The notes below the pieces were generated by a model that had not been told where the DNA came from, ran no database searches, and saw nothing but the letters and a program-made list of their open reading frames with translations. A program made the translations under genes and the position numbers. Positions 54,322-63,655 of a stretch of 64,000 bases of DNA are shown piece after piece (position 1 is the stretch's first letter; each line of letters opens with the position of its first letter). Source of the DNA: a virus (Duplodnaviria > Caudoviricetes); IMG/VR virus record IMGVR_UViG_2513237354_000022, positions 1 through 64,000 of that record; one strand, written 5' to 3'.

Positions 54322-55639
54322 TCTCTATGTCCTCGTCGGTAATGGATGCCCCGATGCCGGTGACGTCAGAGTTTTCGCGCAGGTCGGTCATCGCCGCCTT
54401 ACGCGTCATCAATCCGTCGCCCAGCGCGGTACTGATCGCGTTGGTGGTGTTTACGGCCACCGTTGAGCGGTCAACGTCAGACATTTGCCATAGCGGGTTA
54501 AACTCAAACGTGAAATCGTCCGGCAGCGGCTTACCGAGTTCCGAGCGGTGCATAATATCCAGTATCCGGCGCATCGGCAGCCGTAAGCGGCGCTCCTGCA
54601 ATGAGCTCACCCGGTCGTAATAGTTGGCGAGGTCTGCATCACCAGTAGAGAAGCCTTTCGGGGATTGACCGAACAGGCGTACCAGCGGGATACCAACGGC
54701 ACCGCTGATCTGCTCAGCGAACTGCGAAAGAATGTCATCCAGACCACTGAAGCTGTACTGGTGGGTTTCGAAGGTATCCTTGGCATCCATCAGCGTCATG
54801 CCTTCATTGCTCTGAAACTGGCGGATCAGATCAATGTTTTTCAGCAACGCCTCGAATGCCTGGCCACCCAGCGCAATAAGCTCACGGAGTTTTTCCACTT
54901 TGTAGGTCCGCAGATGCGCTTTGTAGACCAGCTGCGCCGCGCCGACAGTAGCGCTGTCGAACGCAGTGAGCCGATCCCAGATACGCTCTACAACCGACAT
55001 TCCCCATTCGTTTTCGGTCATCTTCTGCTGGAATGGCAGCGTCACCCCGTCGAAGCGAATCAGGCGGCTGTGATGGATGCGCCAGGCCGGAATGCCCGTT
55101 GCGGTGGTCACCACGTCGTAAAACTCAGGCTTACCGAGATCTGGCCCCATCTCTTTGATGCGGCGGGTCAGGACCGGGTTAATCATCCAGCGGTCGAGCG
55201 GGAGAATACCCTTAAATTTGCCCTCGCCAATGGTTTCGAGCCGCAGCGGAGTCATTGGTGCCTGCCCCTCAATCATGATGAATCCGACCGCGCCGCCGTA
55301 GAGACGCGACCATTTCAGCACGTCGTTCAGCGCATCCCAGATCTGCAATTCATCCAGCTGCGCTTCGAGGGTGCCACGGTCTTTTGCGTCAATCTCCGAA
55401 GTGATTCGGATGCCTTTGCGGGTCATGTCGTCCGGGATAGCGTCGACCGCTTCGCCGATAACCCACGAACCGCGATATGACCATTCCACCAGCATGCGGT
55501 TGCGGCTGGTGAAGTTCGCCCGGTAGGTCGATGCTGAATGCTGGTTAGGCGTCTGCATCCCCACGCGGGCGACAAAGTTTTCGTAGCCATCAGCGGTGGC
55601 CTGCGCCGTTCGCTGAGAGGCTTGCTTGTTTCGTGCCAT
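54170..55639 (-). CDS. Portal protein (DUF1073-like)
   Basis: 489 aa after terL; WSRLYGG, IHHSR, IP...LFGQSP.G, F.FNPLWQ. Confidence 0.92.
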   Translation of the reverse strand: MARNKQASQRTAQATADGYENFVARVGMQTPNQHSASTYRANFTSRNRMLVEWSYRGSWVIGEAVDAIPDDMTRKGIRITSEIDAKDRGTLEAQLDELQIWDALNDVLKWSRLYGGAVGFIMIEGQAPMTPLRLETIGEGKFKGILPLDRWMINPVLTRRIKEMGPDLGKPEFYDVVTTATGIPAWRIHHSRLIRFDGVTLPFQQKMTENEWGMSVVERIWDRLTAFDSATVGAAQLVYKAHLRTYKVEKLRELIALGGQAFEALLKNIDLIRQFQSNEGMTLMDAKDTFETHQYSFSGLDDILSQFAEQISGAVGIPLVRLFGQSPKGFSTGDADLANYYDRVSSLQERRLRLPMRRILDIMHRSELGKPLPDDFTFEFNPLWQMSDVDRSTVAVNTTNAISTALGDGLMTRKAAMTDLRENSDVTGIGASITDEDIENAEDEAPPGIGELGDKPPESPGGDPISNEPTADSAGGRGYRKWALRWFKR

Positions 55640-57267
55640 CAGGCCTGTCTCCCTAGCAGCTCCCAGATGTTCAGGGCTGAATTCATTGGCGCGTAGCTGA
55701 TCATCACCGAGTCAGCGAGGTTCGGCGACTTGGTGCCATCAGGCTGTTTATCAACAACGATTTTCCCCACGCCGTTAATGGAGTAGGTCGGCTGCGAAAG
55801 CTCGATGATGAGCTTGTCTTTGCTCGCCATGGCGCTGCTGATTGAGATGATTTCGTCCGGGTTGTAGGCCATGCCCTCAACCACGGCGCGATAGGTGTTC
55901 TGGAAAAGCTTGCGTAGCCGCCACCAGCTCTGGGCCTTGGCGTTAGCGAAGAAGTCCTTGTTCAGGCGCGCGGCCTGTCCGTTGTCCCCTCGCACGGCTT
56001 CGTCGTCCGGATCAAATACCGCGCCGCTACCGCGAAACGGTGTAGCGAGTATTGATGGTCGGCGCGCAGCGTTACGCAGTTCGTTAATAGCGCGCGCATC
56101 GCCGCGAACACCAGCACCAAGGCCGTCCTCGTCGAATCGAAACTCTTCGAGGTTGTCCTGTTCGCAGAAGCCGAAGACCTTCTCAACGGACTGGTAAATG
56201 TCGCTGCCCACGCCGGACCATTCCCGCACGTTCTCCAGCAGGAAGCCGTGACGGGTCGAAAAGGCGTTTTTGTCCCGGCCTTCGTCGGCGACGTCCATCG
56301 CGCCCAGTCGTTTGCCCGTTGGCTGAATACCCAGTTTGATATGCGCGTCGACGGCAGCCTGTACCCAGTCGGACGGGATCAGGACACCTTCCGCTGATGC
56401 GCTGTAGTTCAGGTCAAGTTCCTGCGCCACCACCACCGGATTGTCGATTTTCTCGCATTCCCTGCGATACCACTCTTCATCCTTGCGCGGGTCGTTTCGC
56501 CAGTGGAATGTGAATACCGGTATTTTCCCGCCGTGACGCTTCTGTGCGAACGGGTTCGCCATGCCGTTAACCGAACTCAGGTCGATACGGCAGCGGGTGG
56601 TTTGCGACAGCGCCGCGTCGATCAGCAGAGGACGCTGGAGGAATGCAGCCTCATCCACCAGGTAGAGCGTGGTACGGTCACCACGGCCGATATTGTCGCC
56701 AGCCTCGCCTTTGATGACCGCGCCAGTATCTGGAAACTCAACGCGCATGTACGGCGCGTGCTTCTTCTCGTCCCACGAACCGCGAAACTCAACGGGCAGC
56801 GTTTCCACGAACTTGCGCGCCTTCCAGAACAGCGCCTTCGGGTCACCGGTGCTGTCGACGTATTCCTCTTTACGGGAGCCGAAGCCGATAACCATTTCTT
56901 TGTTGAACAAGCAGAGCGAGCAGGCCAGCCCGATCGCCGTCCAGCTGAGCCCCATTTCGCGGCTCTTTTCGGTGATGCCGTTCTCCAGCTTTTCGCGCCG
57001 CTCCATGATCCAGTGAATCCACTCTTCCTGTTTCGGGAACAGCAGAAAAGGGATGGTGACCGGCAGGCCATAATCGATGTTACGTGGGTCTGTCGTCATG
57101 CCCCAGTCGATAATGAACTGGGCCGGGTTGGTGCGGTAAAACTGCTTAAGAGCTGGCAGCATTTCGGGGTTCTGGCGAATGCGCTGTAAGCGCTCCATCC
57201 GCCATTCAAAAACCATCTGGTAATCAGGGTTCCTGAAATCGAATTCAAACGGGAGAGGCATGATCAC
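55639..57267 (-). CDS. Terminase large subunit, prophage 2
   Basis: EKSREMG.SW, VDEAA, DVADEG.D, SPNLAD. Confidence 0.93.
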   Translation of the reverse strand: MIMPLPFEFDFRNPDYQMVFEWRMERLQRIRQNPEMLPALKQFYRTNPAQFIIDWGMTTDPRNIDYGLPVTIPFLLFPKQEEWIHWIMERREKLENGITEKSREMGLSWTAIGLACSLCLFNKEMVIGFGSRKEEYVDSTGDPKALFWKARKFVETLPVEFRGSWDEKKHAPYMRVEFPDTGAVIKGEAGDNIGRGDRTTLYLVDEAAFLQRPLLIDAALSQTTRCRIDLSSVNGMANPFAQKRHGGKIPVFTFHWRNDPRKDEEWYRRECEKIDNPVVVAQELDLNYSASAEGVLIPSDWVQAAVDAHIKLGIQPTGKRLGAMDVADEGRDKNAFSTRHGFLLENVREWSGVGSDIYQSVEKVFGFCEQDNLEEFRFDEDGLGAGVRGDARAINELRNAARRPSILATPFRGSGAVFDPDDEAVRGDNGQAARLNKDFFANAKAQSWWRLRKLFQNTYRAVVEGMAYNPDEIISISSAMASKDKLIIELSQPTYSINGVGKIVVDKQPDGTKSPNLADSVMISYAPMNSALNIWELLGRQA

Positions 57268-57737
57268 CCCATCATCTTGCGGTAAATCTCTGCGGCCTGA
57301 TCTGCGGTGAGGTTGGTCGTCTCGGTCTTTATCGGGCCGCCATCCTTGCCAGTGCTCTCAACCTTCAGCTTATTGGTGTAAGCGTCGCCGACCTCTTTCG
57401 CGGCCTGCTCGATAAGCTGCGCCGTCAGGGAGAAGTTTTTCATCCCCTCGGTTTTGGTTGCCATGCGGTCAAGCACGCGGAGGCGATAGGATTTGTTCGC
57501 GATCGGAATGTCGCTGGTTTCGGTCAGGAATCGTTCGCGCGTCGCGTGGAACATCGCGATCCACTTTTTGGCGAGCGTCTTACCGCTGGCCTTCGTGGGG
57601 TCGTGAGATTCAGCCTGCTGGCGGGTGATCTTGATCCCGAATTCTTTTTGGACAGCCTCGACCACCTGCGATGGCGTGTCATAGCACGCAAGCGACTGAA
57701 TGATGAAGGCTTTCACATCAGGTTTTAATGCAGCCAT
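57264..57737 (-). CDS. Terminase small subunit (DUF2280-like)
   Basis: [39 protein letters not shown]. Confidence 0.88.
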   Translation of the reverse strand: MAALKPDVKAFIIQSLACYDTPSQVVEAVQKEFGIKITRQQAESHDPTKASGKTLAKKWIAMFHATRERFLTETSDIPIANKSYRLRVLDRMATKTEGMKNFSLTAQLIEQAAKEVGDAYTNKLKVESTGKDGGPIKTETTNLTADQAAEIYRKMMG

Positions 57738-57768
57738 AAATCACCATTCGTCTTATACAGTCCAGTAT

Positions 57769-58389
57769 TTAAGCCAGTCGCAGCATGCACGTCCCGCACG
57801 CTCTGGCAATATCGAGATGAGCAACCTCCGCTGGCTGATTCGCCGCATCAATCATTTCCTGCACGTCCCGGCTCGCACCGTAACGGCGAACCACGCCTAC
57901 AAACTCTTCAACATCGTGGCCGCGCAGCTTCAGCTTTGGCTGCCCTTCCTGCGTGAACTTCGGCGCGCCAAATTCATCTGTCGCCTGGCAGATGTGGTAA
58001 AGCTCGTGCTCTATCAGCGCGCAGAATTCCAGATCGGAACATTGCGAACAGTAATCGGCGGCCAACGTGATGATGAACTGCGGCGCCCTGCCGAACCATT
58101 CATACATCTGCTGCTCCATCCGCGCTTTCTGCCATCCCCCAGCCCGCATTGCCACTTCTTCCGCCTGCCCCAGCACGGAACGCCCTTTCTTCTCGAAAGT
58201 GTTCGACGCCCAGAGAAAGCACAGATCCGCTTCAAGCAAATGCTGGTGGTCAGGGTTGTAGAGGTCGCCCTCATCGCTCAGGATGTGCTGATTCAGCCAC
58301 TCGCCAACGTCATTGGCGGGCATTATGCTGATGTACGGCTTCGGGTCAGGTGGCATCGTAAAATGCGCTGGTGGATGTGGTCTGTTCAT
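57769..58389 (-). CDS. Putative phage metallopeptidase
   Basis: HELYH (HExxH) plus HDVEEF..VV.RYG. Confidence 0.82.
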   Translation of the reverse strand: MNRPHPPAHFTMPPDPKPYISIMPANDVGEWLNQHILSDEGDLYNPDHQHLLEADLCFLWASNTFEKKGRSVLGQAEEVAMRAGGWQKARMEQQMYEWFGRAPQFIITLAADYCSQCSDLEFCALIEHELYHICQATDEFGAPKFTQEGQPKLKLRGHDVEEFVGVVRRYGASRDVQEMIDAANQPAEVAHLDIARACGTCMLRLA

Positions 58390-58403
58390 GAATAATTCCA
58401 GTG

Positions 58404-58443
58404 CTCCATTATCGAAGCCCCTCAGTGAAGGGCTTCTGTAATG
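58404..58443. terminator. Hairpin/terminator after the lysis region
   Basis: CATTATCGAAGCCCCTCAGTGAAGGGCTTCTGTAATG; stem GAAGCCC/GGGCTTC. Confidence 0.6.
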
Positions 58444-58629
58444 TCAGTCCCGGACGAACGTAACCTTTGTGGTTATCATTCGCCGTACAAGGCGCGTCGC
58501 TTCGCGTTGCATTTCATCAATTACTTTTGGCGTCAGCGGCTGATGCGCATATTTGCGCTCAATCTCTGCAAAAATCCCGTTCAGCGCCTCGCTGTCTGGT
58601 GGGATAACTTCAACGTTTAATCGTGCCAT
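58444..58629 (-). CDS. Small hypothetical protein
   Basis: MARLNVEVIPP...; AGGA RBS; 61 aa. Confidence 0.65.
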   Translation of the reverse strand: MARLNVEVIPPDSEALNGIFAEIERKYAHQPLTPKVIDEMQREATRLVRRMITTKVTFVRD

Positions 58630-58888
58630 CGGTTTGTCCTGCCCTGTTGTTCTCGAATGTCCTGATATCAGCCTTATCCCTGTTGCACTGCGCCAGCGCT
58701 GACAGCAGCGCAACATTCAGGTTAAGGCTTGCTCCCCACGTAAACGGGTCGGGTAAATCTGGCTGGGGTGTTTCATCCGTCAGGCTGGCTGGTAACGGAA
58801 CTACCGGAACCGGCACGTAGACCGTCCGCGTAGTCGTGCAGCCGCTTAACTGCGCCAGAAGGCACAACACGAACAGCACAATCATCAT
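58610..58888 (-). CDS. o-spanin lipoprotein (Rz1-like), prophage 2
   Basis: Lipobox LSGC; Pro-rich; QCN.DKA.IR. Confidence 0.85.
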   Translation of the reverse strand: MMIVLFVLCLLAQLSGCTTTRTVYVPVPVVPLPASLTDETPQPDLPDPFTWGASLNLNVALLSALAQCNRDKADIRTFENNRAGQTDGTIKR

Positions 58889-59165
58889 CCGCAACAGCAG
58901 CCTTGATATCGTTCTCGGCTCTCTGTGACTCCAGTGCGATCTGCTGCTTGGCATGTTGATTTGTCTCCAGAATGATGTTCGTTATTGCTACGGTGCGCAG
59001 GACATTCGCGGTGATGGTCTCAGAGGAATCAGCGCGCTGTTCTGCATCGTCAGCGCGACGCTGTTCCTCCAGAAACTTTCCATGGTAGTGATCCGCTGAC
59101 CAGACAAGACCGCCTGCAATACAGGCGATAAACGTCACAATGAGCACCCAATAACTCATTTTCAT
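58773..59165 (-). CDS. i-spanin (Rz-like), prophage 2
   Basis: N-terminal TM, coiled coil, DDCAV. Confidence 0.85.
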   Translation of the reverse strand: MKMSYWVLIVTFIACIAGGLVWSADHYHGKFLEEQRRADDAEQRADSSETITANVLRTVAITNIILETNQHAKQQIALESQRAENDIKAAVADDDCAVRVVPSGAVKRLHDYADGLRAGSGSSVTSQPDG

Positions 59166-59776
59166 ACCAGCAGCGCCGCCCGCGCTTTGTTGTAGCGGAT
59201 CTTGCGGTCATCAATGCCATTCAGGCCGCCGTTAATGATGCGCGTAACACGAGTAATATCGGCACCGTAGGCCATGCAACCTTTGGATGTGAAGAACCAG
59301 GCGGCAGAGCGTGCTGCCTGAAGTTCCTGTTCGAGCTGTTCAGGTGAAGTAACGAGGTCTAACTTCAGCGCCGCCCCGCAGGTGCGATAATTGTCGAGGC
59401 CAGTGATTTGAATTAACCCTCTGCCGCGATATTTCCAGCCGTCGCATGGCGCTTTGTTACCCAGGCGGTTGCTATACACCAGATTGGCGATGGCATCCTG
59501 GCGGGCTGCGTGTTCGGTTGTTCTGCCAAGCGCATCAGCCTGCTGCTGTGTGATCCTCTTTCCGAAGGTCGCCACCAGCGCAGATGGTGTGTAGTTCAAA
59601 TTTTCTACTACAGCGCTAAAGCCGTCTGACTCATGACCTACCTGAGCGATGAACATGGCCTGATCCGCTGGCGCTGTAATGCCGAATTCTTTCATCGCCG
59701 CATCCACTGGCTGAAACCAGCGCGCAGCTAACCCGGCGCTGATACCAGCCGCCATTTGAAATTGAGATTGATTCAT
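59162..59776 (-). CDS. GH19-family endolysin, prophage 2
   Basis: FIAQVGHES, ENLNY, YRGRGLIQITG, INGG.NG.DDR. Confidence 0.94.
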   Translation of the reverse strand: MNQSQFQMAAGISAGLAARWFQPVDAAMKEFGITAPADQAMFIAQVGHESDGFSAVVENLNYTPSALVATFGKRITQQQADALGRTTEHAARQDAIANLVYSNRLGNKAPCDGWKYRGRGLIQITGLDNYRTCGAALKLDLVTSPEQLEQELQAARSAAWFFTSKGCMAYGADITRVTRIINGGLNGIDDRKIRYNKARAALLV

Positions 59777-60105
59777 TTATTTTCCTCAGTGCTGCCGACT
59801 CCGGCACGTCTGGCAACGATAGCGAGCGCCATGTCACGAAGTCTGTCCGCCCCAACAAACCCGACGAGCGCACCAACGAATGCCCCTGAATTAGCAGGCA
59901 ACCCTAGGTATTCCAGCAATGCGGAAACAGCCAGCGCGAATATGCCGCAGATTAGCGCGCCAGTGGCGGTGTAGAGTTTCGGCTTCCCTGCGCGTATGTC
60001 GATAAGCGCTGAGATGCCCAGAGCGCATAACCCGGCGTAAACTGACGGCAGATATAGCGCGATCCATTTCATTGTTTGTTCGAAAATCCCGTGAGTGCTA
60101 TTCAT
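59773..60105 (-). CDS. Holin (3 TM), prophage 2
   Basis: GAGG RBS; homolog of 33305-33631. Confidence 0.9.
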   Translation of the reverse strand: MNSTHGIFEQTMKWIALYLPSVYAGLCALGISALIDIRAGKPKLYTATGALICGIFALAVSALLEYLGLPANSGAFVGALVGFVGADRLRDMALAIVARRAGVGSTEENK

Positions 60106-60179
60106 AGGTTCACCTCGCCTGTTTGCGGGTGCTGTGTGCGAAACTGGAATAAACCCAAATGCAATGGGCTAAGAGGGTA

Positions 60180-60794
60180 CTAAACGCGGCGGAAAGCGTA
60201 CGAAGCGACGCCCTTACGCCCTAACTGGCATTCGATGGTGTTCTGTTCGGCGCATTCGAAGCCCTGCTCAGCAAACCAACCCTTAATACCGTCGTCAGTG
60301 AAATACCAGATGTGCTCGTTCTTCCTGAAATGGTGCGAGCGAAGAATGTCTCCGGCATCGGTAAAAATGGGGATCGACACGAACACGTATTCACTGGCCT
60401 GCTGTACCGCCAGCTCCGGCTCGTCGATGTGCTCCAGTACATCCCACATCGTCAGCGCGCGCCACTGACTGGCGTAGAGGTCAGCGAATGCGCCCCGCTC
60501 GTTCAGCCAGGCAACGCCAGCAGGATTAACGTCAAACCCAAACGTTCCCGCTCGGGAAGAAACGAACTGACCGGCACCGATACCAACGTCCAGAACCGGT
60601 CCATGATAGTGACGTTCCACCAGCTCAATTCTGGACTGCGTTAATGCGCGCCCGGTTTCGGTATCAGCCAGCAGCTGATATTTCGCAAAATACTGCTCGT
60701 CATACGGGCGAGATGCCGGAACCGAATAACGACCGATGCCCAGCTCCGGGAGGAATACCAACCCGCTGTTCAGTTCCTGATAAAACGACTTCAT
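60180..60794 (-). CDS. Class I SAM-dependent methyltransferase (cassette gene 3, prophage 2)
   Basis: LDVGIGAG, GFDVNP, WDVLEH. Confidence 0.88.
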   Translation of the reverse strand: MKSFYQELNSGLVFLPELGIGRYSVPASRPYDEQYFAKYQLLADTETGRALTQSRIELVERHYHGPVLDVGIGAGQFVSSRAGTFGFDVNPAGVAWLNERGAFADLYASQWRALTMWDVLEHIDEPELAVQQASEYVFVSIPIFTDAGDILRSHHFRKNEHIWYFTDDGIKGWFAEQGFECAEQNTIECQLGRKGVASYAFRRV

Positions 60795-61641
60795 TCAGCC
60801 AGGCCTCGAATTTTGAATCAAAGTTGGAGATGCGTTTGTCACAATGGTGATCCCACGCTTCGCAGCGACAATAATTGTCCGGTATTGCCCAGCCAACGCG
60901 GGATAAATCCATCGCCGGATCGGTGACTATCTCGGGAGCGTTATGCCCGCCGCGCCCACCAGCGACAACGTAAATAGGTGTTTTGTACGCAATGGCAGCG
61001 GGCAGCGCCCAGCCGACAGGCGAAACCACGACAGCTGCATGCTCTACCAGGCGCATCAGCTCTTTGATATTGAGCTCGCCAGCGTGCATTTTCAGATCTG
61101 CTTCTGGTTCTTCACCCACCAGCCACTCTTCCCCGTCCTGCAAATCAGCAACGCTAATCACGCAGAAATGTTTCCGCAGGATTCTCGATGCGCGCAGGAG
61201 GTAATCGGGGTCAGGGTTTCGGGAGTCGCTACGCCATTCAGAACGAACCGTTGCCGGACGAATAACGGCGATCGGCTTTTGGTGCGTAAACTGCGCCGGT
61301 CCAAAGGATGGCAAATCAAGCGCTGCTGGCGTTACACCGAACTGACGGCGCATCGCATCGAATATTGAACCGCGCCGCAGATCATCCGGACCGTAAAATA
61401 TTCGCTTCGTCTGGCGTGGTGATGGCGGCGGATAAAACTTTGCGGAGCTGCGGAACTCATTTTTTCGCTGCGTCCTTAGCGCGGTATCACTTCGGACAGC
61501 TTTTACTGGCAGGTCTTCGTAAAGCTCCGGCCATGCCGTCTTGATGAATGTCCCCGCAGGCAGCTGTTTGACGAAAGCGCGCTGGTAAATGGTGTCTCCC
61601 ATTCCCAGCATGCCATCGATGTAAATAGGAGGATTCAGCAT
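60700..61641 (-). CDS. GT9/heptosyltransferase-like glycosyltransferase (cassette gene 2, prophage 2)
   Basis: GMLGMGDTIY, AVIRP, LNIKELMRLVEHAAVVVSPVGW...A..Y.TP; CxCx4HxC; C-terminal extension overlaps the methyltransferase gene. Confidence 0.78.
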   Translation of the reverse strand: MLNPPIYIDGMLGMGDTIYQRAFVKQLPAGTFIKTAWPELYEDLPVKAVRSDTALRTQRKNEFRSSAKFYPPPSPRQTKRIFYGPDDLRRGSIFDAMRRQFGVTPAALDLPSFGPAQFTHQKPIAVIRPATVRSEWRSDSRNPDPDYLLRASRILRKHFCVISVADLQDGEEWLVGEEPEADLKMHAGELNIKELMRLVEHAAVVVSPVGWALPAAIAYKTPIYVVAGGRGGHNAPEIVTDPAMDLSRVGWAIPDNYCRCEAWDHHCDKRISNFDSKFEAWLNEVVLSGTEQRVGIPPGAGHRSLFGSGISPV

Positions 61642-62186
61642 GTAACCTCGCTGATCGCCGCTTCAAGAGGTAGACGACGAAAGCAATTAAGCGCCGTCTG
61701 GCGGCTGCTATTGATGATTTGGACGCTTCCACGCAGCTGCGCCGCAACCCGGGCAAACTCGCCATGCCAGCGCTTTACGTTCGCCGCTGTCGGGTTATCG
61801 AGAACTGTATGATCGCCGTGCCAGTGGCTGCCGTTCGAGATTGAGCAATCGAAGCCCAGCAGAATGATGCGCTTTGCGCCCAGCCATTGAGCGAACAGGA
61901 TCGCTCTCTGTCCCGAATTGAATGTGCCGCTAGTATCTGTCGGGAAGAGGTTCACGCCGTATCGGGTGTGTGCTCTCCGGTTACATGACCAGCGTTCGGG
62001 GCCATCAGGCAGCGCGGGAATGTTCACATCCCACCAGCGCAGATCGCCAGCGTAAATGTGGGTGCATTCCAGTATGGTTCGCCATGATGAATTAACCGCT
62101 ATCACAGGAAACCCTGAGCGCGCAGCTATTTGACAGTCAGCGGGAGTAAGGGACGGACCAGAAGCGCAGATGATCGCCGTGTGCAT
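61635..62186 (-). CDS. Maf/MptE(DUF115)/sialyltransferase-like transferase (cassette gene 1, prophage 2)
   Basis: IICASGPSL, IAVNSSW, NSGQRAI..A..LGAKRIILLGFD, HWHGDH. Confidence 0.72.
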   Translation of the reverse strand: MHTAIICASGPSLTPADCQIAARSGFPVIAVNSSWRTILECTHIYAGDLRWWDVNIPALPDGPERWSCNRRAHTRYGVNLFPTDTSGTFNSGQRAILFAQWLGAKRIILLGFDCSISNGSHWHGDHTVLDNPTAANVKRWHGEFARVAAQLRGSVQIINSSRQTALNCFRRLPLEAAISEVTC

Positions 62187-62216
62187 ACGTTATTCACCCG
62201 GTGGCATTGAGCCAAT

Positions 62217-62247
62217 AAAAAAGCCCCTGCATTTCTGCAAGGGCTTA
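62217..62247 (-). terminator. Late-operon leader terminator (tR'-like)
   Basis: AAGCCCTTGCA-gaaa-TGCAGGGGCTT followed by T-run on the minus strand. Confidence 0.82.
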
Positions 62248-62327
62248 AATGTGGTTCCCACCGCTCCGCGCAAGGCATCTCCGCTGGTGGGTAAGCTCTT
62301 TCGCCTTTGACGTCCGAGCATATCTGA

Positions 62328-62355
62328 ATTATGCAGTTTCAAAACTCGCTTTCAA
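62328..62355 (-). promoter_or_regulatory. Candidate late promoter (pR'-like) at the 3' end of the Q-position gene
   Basis: Minus strand TTGAAA, 16 bp, CATAAT, about 80 nt upstream of the terminator. Confidence 0.4.
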
Positions 62356-63009
62356 GTCTTTTTCGCAAGTTTTTGCATTTTCGAAGCCTAATTCATCTTT
62401 TAACGTGAAGAAGACAGCAGAGTTGAACAATTCAATACACCAGCGCACACGGTCAATACATTGCTTTTCGGTCAGAAACGGCGCGTAGTAATACTGCATC
62501 CATCGTGCCATGCCATTGATGGTTTTCCGCCACGTGTAATAGTCCTTCCCTATCTCATACACGGGATTCCCCGGCTTGAAGGACTTCAGGATGATAGCCT
62601 CCATGAATGCAGCTTCCTCCTGGTCTCCGGCATTGCCGATCAGGTCAGAAAGCGATTTCTTCGGCCAGATGATGGCTTTCGCCTGCTCAAACAACGCATC
62701 GCCGGTATAGCCAATTTTACGCAGACCAGACAGCACGGTAGCGATCCGCTCCTGCTGCTCGCCAGTCCAGCCGGTTAATATCATTGACCACATACCACCG
62801 CCACCAGAAAGGTGCTCTGTCCCGCTGCCCCCGTACATGCCACCCCAGTGGTTCAGCAACGAACGAACCCAACGGCTTTGCGATGGTGTCAGTCGGCGAT
62901 ATTTCCCCAGGTAAGATCTGCGTGGAGCTGCTGCCAGCGTCACCCAGGCGTTTTGCGGGTTGGTACGCTCAACAGACGCTTTCTGGTAATTGTTAATGTC
63001 GTTGCGTGT
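62329..63009 (-). CDS. Putative late antiterminator Q (DUF1133-like; positional call)
   Basis: Last gene of the nin-like region, followed by promoter/terminator and the late operon; start MTRNDI. Confidence 0.65.
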   Translation of the reverse strand, partial: TRNDINNYQKASVERTNPQNAWVTLAAAPRRSYLGKYRRLTPSQSRWVRSLLNHWGGMYGGSGTEHLSGGGGMWSMILTGWTGEQQERIATVLSGLRKIGYTGDALFEQAKAIIWPKKSLSDLIGNAGDQEEAAFMEAIILKSFKPGNPVYEIGKDYYTWRKTINGMARWMQYYYAPFLTEKQCIDRVRWCIELFNSAVFFTLKDELGFENAKTCEKDLKASFETA

Positions 63010-63368
63010 CATTCTGCATTCTCCTGGATAATGATCTGGCCTGTCTCTCCCCATCGTTTCGTTACCCTGCCGTCCCATATCCGACAGTCATCATCGAATA
63101 TCGCATCCAGTAACGCTTTCTCCAGATTGTCCTTATCCGGCTTAGTCTGGTGAGGCTGTCCGTCATGCTGCTGACGCTTCTTCTTACTCCAGCTTTTCGG
63201 CATGGGCAGAACGAATGTTATGTGGTAACCGGATTCCGGGAGGGTTATACCAAGACGGCGCACCTGAGCTTTAAAGAACCAGTAGGCGGAGGTTTCTGGC
63301 CTGCTGCGCCAGCGATCGCTTCGGGTCATGCGAGGCTTGGCGACAGGAGTGATATCGTAAATTTTCAT
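63009..63368 (-). CDS. rusA: RusA-family Holliday junction resolvase
   Basis: PVAKPRMT, KPDKDNLEKALLDAIF.DD..IWD. Confidence 0.88.
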   Translation of the reverse strand: MKIYDITPVAKPRMTRSDRWRSRPETSAYWFFKAQVRRLGITLPESGYHITFVLPMPKSWSKKKRQQHDGQPHQTKPDKDNLEKALLDAIFDDDCRIWDGRVTKRWGETGQIIIQENAE

Positions 63369-63655
63369 GCTGGCACCACCAGCCCAAGGCGGGCTATCTG
63401 GATAACGGTCAGAACGATAGCGCGGTCCATAAGCTGGCGACGTTCGTCGCGCGATAGTTTGCTCCCGTTGTCGATGCTGTCGTGGCAGCAAACGCAGATC
63501 GCCGCTGTGGCGCAATCATCAGCTTTCAGGCCCATACCTTTTGACTCGTTTCGATGTGCAACTTGGGTTCCCCAAGATCCACACAGAACACAGCATTCAA
63601 TTTGTCCAACGGCTGCAAGCCACTTTTTACTGCGATAGGTTTTTTGTTTAAGCAT
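63365..63655 (-). CDS. nin-region Zn-finger protein (DUF968/DUF1364-like)
   Basis: YRSKKWLAAV, CVLCG, AH...KGMG.K.DD, C..CH. Confidence 0.78.
   Translation of the reverse strand: MLKQKTYRSKKWLAAVGQIECCVLCGSWGTQVAHRNESKGMGLKADDCATAAICVCCHDSIDNGSKLSRDERRQLMDRAIVLTVIQIARLGLVVPA

Noticed and set aside
54170-55639. Anti-CBASS (Acb1) function sometimes attached to DUF1073-like proteins
   Set aside because: Size, motifs and position between terL and F identify it as the portal; no phosphoesterase HxT motif pair was recognised.
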